This document shows, piece by piece, positions 9,588-17,648 of a DNA stretch of 24,757 nucleotides. The DNA is from a virus (lineage: Duplodnaviria > Caudoviricetes): positions 1-24,757 of the IMG/VR virus record IMGVR_UViG_3300030095_002321; one strand, written 5' to 3'. The first letter of the stretch is position 1, and every line of letters starts with the position of its first letter. Position numbers and translations under genes: made by a program. The notes beneath the pieces were generated by a model. It made no database searches. It had not been told where the DNA came from and saw only the letters and a program-made list of their open reading frames with translations.

Positions 9588-12500
9588 ATGGCTGAAATAA
9601 AAAATACTTTTCTCAAGTCTAAAATGAATAAAGACTTAGACGCTAGGCTTTTACCTAATGGTGAGTATAGAGATGCTCAAAATATCAATATAAGCAGATC
9701 AGAAGGACCAGACGTTGGTGCTATTGAAAATGTTTTAGGTAATATAATAAAAGGTGTTAATGTAAGTTTAAAAGAAGATATAGCAGCTTTAGAAAGACAA
9801 AAAGTAACAGAAAAGTATGGCACTGTAATAAGACCAACTGAATTAACTTTGCCTAATCTAGAGGTAATAGGTTATTATATGGATATATTTAACGATAAAA
9901 TATATTTATTTCTAACTGATTACACTGATGGTTCTAATAATCAATTAAGCAATTTTGCACCTGCAGATTACATAGATACATCTAGTGGTTTCCCAGGTGT
10001 TTTTATTTACAAGGGAGCTGGGTGTTATATAGCTGAATACAATGTCAACACAAACACTTATAGGATTTTAGTTGCTGGAAACTTTCTTAATTTTTCTAAA
10101 ACACAACCTATTTTAAACGTAAACTTATTAGAGGATTTATTATTTTGGACTGATAATAGGAATCAGCCAAGGAAAATAAATATACAAAGAGCATTTGACG
10201 ACAGCTATGAATTTTCAGGAACTAATAATCCTTATTATTTTAATGAAGACCAAGTATCTGTTTCTAAGTTTGCTCCATATGAAGCTTTTAGCTTTTTAGA
10301 CGCATCTAATAATCCTACTTTAATTTCAAATTCAGAAGAATACTTGCCTGCTCATATTATTACTACAGCTGTGTATACTAGAGCTACGGGTTTGTTTACA
10401 TTTTCAAGCCCTGCTTATTCTACAATAACTCAAGATGCCAACAACCCTGATTTAAAAGCTCAAGCAACTGGTGTTATTGGAGATAAAATTACTGTAAATG
10501 ATGAAGACGAGTATATTGTAACAAGCGTGACTACTTTGACCGCTACAGCAACTTCAGCTATAAATCAGTATACAGACGGCATAACTGTTAAGGTTATGAT
10601 ACAAAGAGCAAATCCAGAATATAATAGTAGTTATAAAGGAGACACTAATTTACTAAAAGATGAGTTTGCTAAATTTAGCTATAGATTTAAATATGAAGAT
10701 GATGAATATTCTTTGATAGCTCCGTTTACACAATCTGCTTTTGTTCCACAACAATTCGGCTATTTTATAAATGACGATGAGCAAGTAACTTTAGAAAGTG
10801 GTAATGTTAGCTTTATGGAAAATAGAGTTGACCAAGTTAAATTAAACCTAATACTACCAGACTTAGGATCTAATATAAAAAATAATTTAAAAATATCAGA
10901 ACTACAAATATTAGTAAAAAACTCTGATGAATTAGCAGTTAGAGTTATAGAAGATGTGCCAGTAAGCGTTTTAACAGCTTTAGGAGCAACCAATAAGTAT
11001 CAATATAACTATTTATCATCTAAGCCTTTTAAAGTGCTTCCTGAAGCAGAATTAATAAGGGTATTTGATAAAGTCCCTATAAGAGCATTAACGCAAGAAG
11101 TAGTTTCTAATAGAGTTGTTTATGGTAATTTTTTAGATAAACATAGTTCTCCAAATAACTTGCATTATGATTTAAATTATAATCAAAAAACTTACCCGTC
11201 TGGAAGCAGTGATCAAGATCAAGCAAATAGGAATTTAAGCAATGAGTTTCCTTTACATACTTTAAAGCAAAACAGAAGTTATCAAGTTGGTATAGTGTTA
11301 GTCGATAGATATGGTAGGGCTTCAAACGTATTATTAAATGATGAAAATAATGTAACTGCAGGTAGTAAAAATTCTACTATATATACTTCATATGAAAACT
11401 TTGGAGCTAACAGTGTTAACTTTACTGGTAATTATTTAGATTTAACTTTAAGATCTGAAGTTCCTTTAACACTATCTAAGAAAGGTTATCCAGGTTTATA
11501 TTCAGAAACAAACCCATTAGGATATTATAGTTATAGAATTGTTGTAAAACAACAGGATCAAGATTACTATAATGTTTACACACCTGGTGCTTTAGCTGGG
11601 GAAATATATTGGGATACTATTGGTTACACTGAAAACAACACTGATTTTCCCGTGGCTAATGGGGCAGGTAATTCTGAATTTTTGCCATCTTTCATTTCAA
11701 CTAATAAATTATCTACATTAACTTTAAGTGGAGACAATATAAATAAAGTTCCAAGAGAGTTAAATACTATTAGTGGTAATCAAGATACTTTTGGCAGTGA
11801 AACTTTATTGTTTAATAGAGTAAATCCTATTTATAATAGCACTTCTAGCGTTTCTTATAATACACAATCTTCTATTGGGGCTCAAGGATCTAAAGTCGCT
11901 TCTATTCAGTCTTTTAGAGACTTAGGAAGATGGACAACTACTAAAGGTGAATTGTATCCAGGTGGAATTAATGATGCTGCTGATAGTACAACGCAAAATC
12001 CTATACCTTGGTATCCGTATTTTGTTAGTGGTAGCGCTGCTGCAGATTTTAAATTTAACTTTCATGATATACTTTTTGATGCGCAAGCAAATCCTTTTGT
12101 TGCAGTTATAGAGACTGTTGGTTTTAAAATTGGATCAACCCCAACGTATACAGATAAATCAACTATTGAACGAGCATGGCAAGATTTAGGGGTTTTTGAA
12201 ACAAGACCTACTAAATCTGTTTTAGATATTTTTTGGGAAAGTTCAAGTTCAGGTTTAATATCTGATTTTAATAATGAAGTAGTCAATCTCGTTCCTAAAG
12301 GAATTGAAGATTCAGCTGGCAATAATACTTCATTAGGGCAAAATGTACAATATATACATACAGAAGCCACCGCTAGTGGTGCAGATGCTACATTGTTCTT
12401 TGAATTAGTAGATGCTGCTGGAGTTAAACTTACAACAAATTCTACTTTAGCAATAGATTTAGTAACCGATGGAACTGGTGCTGATAGATCTGCAGAGTTT

Positions 12501-13019
12501 CAAATATTAACGGATAACACTGGAAGTGTAACTAAGTATAAAATACAAACAAACGCTTTATTTGTGTTTAACTCAAATGCTAACGTAAACGAAAACTACA
12601 CATTTAATTTACTAGCTACTGATACTTCTGCTTCACCAACTCCTTTATATACTAATGCTCCTATAAGAATAAGCAGTTGCCAGTTACTGGATATAGCACC
12701 TATATTTAATAGTAATCCACCTACTGTTGTTACAAAACCTATAGGTAATTTATTTACCATGACAGGTGATAGTTTTTTAAACGGTTCAATTGACACTAGT
12801 AGAAATAAAGAGCAATTGTTTTTAGCAGTTGTAGACGCAACTACCGAAGCTTTGTATCCAGAAATATACGTAGTGCCTAACACCGGGTCTAATCAAGATA
12901 GAACAATTATAGCAAGCAATTTAGCAGTTGATGGATCATATAAGTTAAAACTAGTTGACGCTAATGGTACAGGTTTAAGTAGCCTGTCTAGTCAATTTGA
13001 TGTAATAATTACTCAATAA
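9588..13019 (+). CDS. Tail nozzle/muzzle (stabilization) protein, N-terminal part (1143 aa)
   Basis: N-terminus FLKSKMNKDLDARLLPNGEYRDAQNI, plus LLFWTDNRNQPRKINI, FSYRFKYEDDEYS and YQVGIVLVDRYGR, recalled from crAss-like muzzle/P22 gp10-like proteins. Beta-rich C-terminal extension. Confidence 0.7.
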   Translation: MAEIKNTFLKSKMNKDLDARLLPNGEYRDAQNINISRSEGPDVGAIENVLGNIIKGVNVSLKEDIAALERQKVTEKYGTVIRPTELTLPNLEVIGYYMDIFNDKIYLFLTDYTDGSNNQLSNFAPADYIDTSSGFPGVFIYKGAGCYIAEYNVNTNTYRILVAGNFLNFSKTQPILNVNLLEDLLFWTDNRNQPRKINIQRAFDDSYEFSGTNNPYYFNEDQVSVSKFAPYEAFSFLDASNNPTLISNSEEYLPAHIITTAVYTRATGLFTFSSPAYSTITQDANNPDLKAQATGVIGDKITVNDEDEYIVTSVTTLTATATSAINQYTDGITVKVMIQRANPEYNSSYKGDTNLLKDEFAKFSYRFKYEDDEYSLIAPFTQSAFVPQQFGYFINDDEQVTLESGNVSFMENRVDQVKLNLILPDLGSNIKNNLKISELQILVKNSDELAVRVIEDVPVSVLTALGATNKYQYNYLSSKPFKVLPEAELIRVFDKVPIRALTQEVVSNRVVYGNFLDKHSSPNNLHYDLNYNQKTYPSGSSDQDQANRNLSNEFPLHTLKQNRSYQVGIVLVDRYGRASNVLLNDENNVTAGSKNSTIYTSYENFGANSVNFTGNYLDLTLRSEVPLTLSKKGYPGLYSETNPLGYYSYRIVVKQQDQDYYNVYTPGALAGEIYWDTIGYTENNTDFPVANGAGNSEFLPSFISTNKLSTLTLSGDNINKVPRELNTISGNQDTFGSETLLFNRVNPIYNSTSSVSYNTQSSIGAQGSKVASIQSFRDLGRWTTTKGELYPGGINDAADSTTQNPIPWYPYFVSGSAAADFKFNFHDILFDAQANPFVAVIETVGFKIGSTPTYTDKSTIERAWQDLGVFETRPTKSVLDIFWESSSSGLISDFNNEVVNLVPKGIEDSAGNNTSLGQNVQYIHTEATASGADATLFFELVDAAGVKLTTNSTLAIDLVTDGTGADRSAEFQILTDNTGSVTKYKIQTNALFVFNSNANVNENYTFNLLATDTSASPTPLYTNAPIRISSCQLLDIAPIFNSNPPTVVTKPIGNLFTMTGDSFLNGSIDTSRNKEQLFLAVVDATTEALYPEIYVVPNTGSNQDRTIIASNLAVDGSYKLKLVDANGTGLSSLSSQFDVIITQ

Positions 13020-13026
13020 CAAGTGA
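13015..13026 (+). promoter_or_regulatory. AATAACAAGTGA motif copy 2
   Basis: Identical to 7647-7658 and ends 9 nt upstream of ATG 13036. Confidence 0.4.
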
Positions 13027-13035
13027 TAGTATATT

Positions 13036-14727
13036 ATGGCTAAAATAAAGTTTTTCAACGCTTTTGTATTAAAAAAGAATATAAATAATACTACTGGTAC
13101 TGGGGAAGCTGCATATCAACCTGTTTTCCCTGGGCTACCTAGTAACCCTCAAAACTATCCTTTATATCCTACTTCTGCTAGCTCACCTTTAGGAAGAACA
13201 AAACCTATAACAACACTTAGCGATAACGATAGAAACTGGATTATTGAAGAAGCTAGAATTACTGGTGGTTTTAACAACGTTAATGGTGGCTACGGCGTTA
13301 GAGCTTATTTAATAGAAGATACTAATGAGCAAGTAAGAAGACTAAACGCTTTGATTTACTCTGGGCTGTACAACTCTATAACTAATGTTAACGATACTAA
13401 TGTTTTTTCAGTTGGTGAACAAATAACAAAAGCAGTTGATCCAATGTATGGTTCTATACAAAAACTAAATGCTTTAGATAGTAATTTAGCTATATTCCAA
13501 GAAAATAAAGTAAGTAGGGCTTTAATAGATAAAGATGCTATTTATTCAGCTGAAGGAGAGTCTGCGTTAACTTCTACAGACAATGTCATTGGTCAGATAA
13601 CACCTTATGTAGGTGAGTATGGAATAAGTAAAAACCCAGAAACATTTGCTGTTTATGGATATAGAAGATATTTTGTAGATAAATATAGGAATGCTGTAAT
13701 GAGGTTGTCAAGAGACGGTATGACACCAATATCTCAATATGGCATGTCAGATTATTTTAGAGATGAATTTAGTAAAATAGAAGATCAATTTAAAGAGTTT
13801 ACTTTTACGTGTGTTTTTAATACTGCTCAAACAATAGCACCTTTTAAAATAAATGTAACTGGTTCTAATGTTAATTTTATAGAAAAAGGCATGCAAGTTA
13901 CTATACCGCAGTCTACTGGAAGTATAATAGCAAATGTTGTTGGCGTGTTTGATGAAAATAACATATACTTAGACAGAAGCCCTGGCGCACCTATAGCCGG
14001 TAATATAACTTTTACTAAATATATTAAAGACAGGATTGTAGCTGGTTATGATGTGCACAATCAAAACTATGTTGTATCTACTCAAGACAAAGATGTAGTT
14101 CCAAATGGTACTGACGTTTTTAATACAGTTGCTTTTGAAGATGCAATAAATGGTTGGGTAAGTTTTTACACTTACGAGCCTAAATTTATGGCTAGTTTAA
14201 AAAATAAATATTATAGCTTTTTTGGTTCTGATATTTATGAGCATTATGACAATACAACTGCAAATAACGCTGGACTATTTTACGGAGTTAGAAGCAACTC
14301 AAATATAACTTTCATATTTAACCCTATTGTGTCTGTAACAAAAAACTTTAATACAGTTTCTTATGAAGGAAGTAACGGTTGGCAAATAGATTCTTATGAA
14401 TCAGATTTCCAAGGATTTGATTTAGTTAATAGTAATTATATAGAAAATCAAGATGTTACAAACTCTGTTAAAAGTTATGATGAAGGTTTATATACTGAAA
14501 ACGGTATACCTTTAAGAGCTGGTTTTAATAGAAAAGAAAATAGATACGTATCCAACTTGGTTAGTAATAGCACAGTAAGAGCAGGTGAAGTTATATTTGG
14601 AAATGCTATGTCAGGAATAAAAGGTTATTTTGCTACTGTAAAAATATCTACAGACAATACCACTCAATTAGGTGGACCAAAAGAATTATTTAGCGTATCA
14701 TCAAATTACGTATTATCATCTTATTAA
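13036..14727 (+). CDS. Tail nozzle/muzzle protein, C-terminal part (563 aa, beta-propeller-like)
   Basis: YGSIQKL, IFQENKVSR, YVGEYGISKNPETFA, RLSRDGMTPISQYGM, GWVSFYTY and GIKGYFATV resemble the C-terminal half of crAss-like muzzle proteins. Confidence 0.65.
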   Translation: MAKIKFFNAFVLKKNINNTTGTGEAAYQPVFPGLPSNPQNYPLYPTSASSPLGRTKPITTLSDNDRNWIIEEARITGGFNNVNGGYGVRAYLIEDTNEQVRRLNALIYSGLYNSITNVNDTNVFSVGEQITKAVDPMYGSIQKLNALDSNLAIFQENKVSRALIDKDAIYSAEGESALTSTDNVIGQITPYVGEYGISKNPETFAVYGYRRYFVDKYRNAVMRLSRDGMTPISQYGMSDYFRDEFSKIEDQFKEFTFTCVFNTAQTIAPFKINVTGSNVNFIEKGMQVTIPQSTGSIIANVVGVFDENNIYLDRSPGAPIAGNITFTKYIKDRIVAGYDVHNQNYVVSTQDKDVVPNGTDVFNTVAFEDAINGWVSFYTYEPKFMASLKNKYYSFFGSDIYEHYDNTTANNAGLFYGVRSNSNITFIFNPIVSVTKNFNTVSYEGSNGWQIDSYESDFQGFDLVNSNYIENQDVTNSVKSYDEGLYTENGIPLRAGFNRKENRYVSNLVSNSTVRAGEVIFGNAMSGIKGYFATVKISTDNTTQLGGPKELFSVSSNYVLSSY

Positions 14728-14737
14728 AATTTAAAAT

Positions 14738-15379
14738 ATGACAGAATCAGAAATAGGGTTAGCAATAGCAGGTACTAAAGCATTAGCCGGCATGTTTGCG
14801 TCGTTCCAAGCTAATAAAGCAAAAGGAGATGCTGAAGATCAAAAAACAATAATAAAAAATTTAGAAGAATCTAGACAAGCTATTATAAATCCATATACAG
14901 GTATAACAAATCCCTATGCTAATTTAAGCGTTGCTACACAAGCAGCTGAAATGCAAGCAGAGCAATCGGACCTAGCTTTAGCAACCACATTGGATAATTT
15001 AAGACAAACTGGAGCAGGTGGAGCAACTGCTTTAGCTCAAGCAGCTTTAAAATCTAAGCAAGGAGTTTCTGCTACTTTAGAAACACAAGAAGCAAACAAT
15101 GAGAAATTAAGAGCTCAAGGAGAATTACAAGCACAAAGAATGGAAGCTGCAGGTAAACAGTTTGTTTTTGGACAGCAAGAAACAAGAGAAATGGGGCAAT
15201 TAAACAGGGCTCAAGCTTTACTAGAAAACGCACAAGCACAACAAATGGCATCAAAAGGACAAGGTTTGGGCGCTTTTACAAGTGCTTTAGGTACTTTAGC
15301 AACCACTGAAGATCTTGGATCTGTTTTTGGTGGTGGAGACGGCGGTTATAACCCACCAAGATCAAAACCTTATAGTTAA
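14738..15379 (+). CDS. Putative small ejection/internal virion protein (213 aa)
   Basis: Hydrophobic Gly/Ala N-terminus (IGLAIAGTKALAGMFA), Q/A-rich helical middle and Gly/Ala C-terminus. Position after the nozzle matches T7 gp14/P22 gp7-type proteins. Confidence 0.6.
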   Translation: MTESEIGLAIAGTKALAGMFASFQANKAKGDAEDQKTIIKNLEESRQAIINPYTGITNPYANLSVATQAAEMQAEQSDLALATTLDNLRQTGAGGATALAQAALKSKQGVSATLETQEANNEKLRAQGELQAQRMEAAGKQFVFGQQETREMGQLNRAQALLENAQAQQMASKGQGLGAFTSALGTLATTEDLGSVFGGGDGGYNPPRSKPYS

Positions 15380-15389
15380 ATAATAAATC

Positions 15390-17642
15390 ATGGCAGGAAC
15401 ATATTACAACCCAGGAAGGGTGATAGATACAAGCGTTGGTCAATTTACCAAAGGCGTTGAAGATATTGAAAAGTCTTTAGCTAAACAAGCTGAGCTAAGA
15501 GAAAATGAAGAGAAAAATAGGATTAAACTTCAGAATAAACTTAATGAAGATTTATTAGGTTTATCATCTAGTGTTAATGAATTTCCTGAATATGCTGAAA
15601 TAACTATAGATGATCAAGTTAAATCAACTCTACAAGATAAATACGAAGAAGTTTATAGATTAGGTGTAGATTCCATTGGTAAAGATAATTCTGCTTACTT
15701 AAAAGCTAAAAGAGAGTTAGAAGTTGCAGCTAAAGAAGCTGGTTTATTTTTAGCAGCTTTTAATAGTGAAGGTCAAAAATTTGAAGATTCTGAGTCATTA
15801 GAATTAGATCAAGTTGGAGCAGCTTTATTAGCTCAAGATACTAATAGGATTGATTTTATAAGAGACTATAATAAAGGTGGTTCTAATATAAAACCAGAAT
15901 TAGTAAATGGCGTTTGGGTATTTAAAATGAAAGATGAAGATGGTAAGGATTTTATAGTAAATAGTAGAGCTTATTTAAACGAAAAGCAACCATTTTTAAA
16001 TTACCTAGAAGATGACACTGAAAAACTTGATTTAATTTATGAAAACTATGCTGATAATTATAAAAATTTAGAACAGAAAATTAAAAATAAAACATTAAAC
16101 GGAGAAAAAATTACACAAACAGAAATAAAAAGTATGGAAGAAGCAAATGCTTTTTTAGTGGATGCTTTAAAAAATGACAAAAACTTAGTTGATAGCTTTA
16201 ATAGAGTTAATTGGCAAAGAGTTGTTTTAAGGGATGAAGAAGGTAATATTGTAGAAAAACCTAAGTTTGATGAAAATAGTGAAGATCAAAAAAACATATA
16301 TCTTAATTTTCAAATTAATAGAATTCAAAAAAGAAAAGGATTACCAGATTTAACGACAGTTAGTGTATATGAAGATAAAGCTACAATTCCACTAGATAAA
16401 AAACGACAAGCACAGAAACAAAAAACTAGTAATGTTAATTTAAGTAGGCTAGATGAAAATAAACAAACAATACAAGATATAATAGAAGTTGTTAATGAAT
16501 CAAAGAACCAACCAGAGGGATTACCTCAAGACGCTTTAAGGATAAAAGCTGTAGATATGTTTACAAAAGCTTTAAAGAAAAACGATTCTAAATCTGGAAG
16601 CACCTACGTTACTGGTGCTGGCATAACAGACGACATAGCAAAAGAGATTATAGAAAGTAAAGAAGAAGAAGGTGAAAAGTTAACAGAGGTTGAAAAAGAT
16701 ACTATTAAAAGTAGAGTTTTAGATGAAAAAATGTTTACTATATATGTTAAAAAAGGTACTGGGAAATGGAGTGAATACCCATTTGATTTAGAAAATCCTA
16801 GAAATATGTTTGAAAAATTAAGTTTAACAGTTCCAGGATTAACACCAAGTATAGTTGGAGACTATGACTTTAGTATAGATATAAAAGACGTTAAAACACC
16901 TGAAAAGTTTGATCCTAATAACTTTAAAAAAAAAAATAACACAGAGCAAATAGACGTAAAGGTTAAAGAAGAAATAAACAGTGATAACGTAAATATAAAA
17001 GTTGAAGAAAAAATTGACTTACCTCAAACAGCAGGAGAAAAAGTTGCAAGTAGAGATTTAAAATCTGAAAACAAAAAGCAAGAGGATATAATGAGAAACT
17101 CTGAGGTTACTTATGGTGGTAGATCAGGTGATAATACTTATGGTTTAACAAATTATAAAGATTATGATTTTCAATATTACTTAAATAGTAAAGACCAAGT
17201 ACAAGAAGGAGTTAATAAAGACGGTAAAAAGGCTACGTATTGGGGAGGTGATCAACCTAAAAAAGGTTTGAAAACAGATTTAGATGGAAAAGTTTATGAT
17301 GGATTATCTGATGGACAGCAAGCAATGATGAGAATGCAGCATGTTAATATAGGCTGGGATCCTAGAGTTACTATGCTATTAGCGTCTGGAGCAATCAAGC
17401 CTAGTGAAAGAGGAGAATATCTTAGAGATTACAACAAAACAACTACTAAATACAACGATAATAAAGCTAAGTTTAAAAATATAGATGATCAAAAAATGTT
17501 TGATCAATGGGTGGATTTATATGCGAATAGTGAACCAAATGAAAAAGGGTTACAAAAACAATATAAAAGAAGAGTAGAAGATATGGCTAAAGCTTATGGG
17601 TATAAATTAACTAAAGAACAACTTGATAAGTTTAAAGTATAA
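15390..17642 (+). CDS. Putative ejection protein (750 aa) with C-terminal lysozyme-like (GH108-like) domain
   Basis: Charged helical N-terminal two-thirds. The last ~185 aa contain MRNSE...GDNTYGLT, YDGLSDGQQAMMRMQHVNIG and YKRRV. Confidence 0.55.
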   Translation: MAGTYYNPGRVIDTSVGQFTKGVEDIEKSLAKQAELRENEEKNRIKLQNKLNEDLLGLSSSVNEFPEYAEITIDDQVKSTLQDKYEEVYRLGVDSIGKDNSAYLKAKRELEVAAKEAGLFLAAFNSEGQKFEDSESLELDQVGAALLAQDTNRIDFIRDYNKGGSNIKPELVNGVWVFKMKDEDGKDFIVNSRAYLNEKQPFLNYLEDDTEKLDLIYENYADNYKNLEQKIKNKTLNGEKITQTEIKSMEEANAFLVDALKNDKNLVDSFNRVNWQRVVLRDEEGNIVEKPKFDENSEDQKNIYLNFQINRIQKRKGLPDLTTVSVYEDKATIPLDKKRQAQKQKTSNVNLSRLDENKQTIQDIIEVVNESKNQPEGLPQDALRIKAVDMFTKALKKNDSKSGSTYVTGAGITDDIAKEIIESKEEEGEKLTEVEKDTIKSRVLDEKMFTIYVKKGTGKWSEYPFDLENPRNMFEKLSLTVPGLTPSIVGDYDFSIDIKDVKTPEKFDPNNFKKKNNTEQIDVKVKEEINSDNVNIKVEEKIDLPQTAGEKVASRDLKSENKKQEDIMRNSEVTYGGRSGDNTYGLTNYKDYDFQYYLNSKDQVQEGVNKDGKKATYWGGDQPKKGLKTDLDGKVYDGLSDGQQAMMRMQHVNIGWDPRVTMLLASGAIKPSERGEYLRDYNKTTTKYNDNKAKFKNIDDQKMFDQWVDLYANSEPNEKGLQKQYKRRVEDMAKAYGYKLTKEQLDKFKV
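16926..16936 (+). repeat. A11 homopolymer within CDS, followed by TAA in the -1 frame
   Basis: Sequence TTT AAA AAA AAA AAT AAC. One extra A gives TTT AAA AAA AAA AAA TAA. Confidence 0.85.
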
Positions 17643-17648
17643 TATAAT

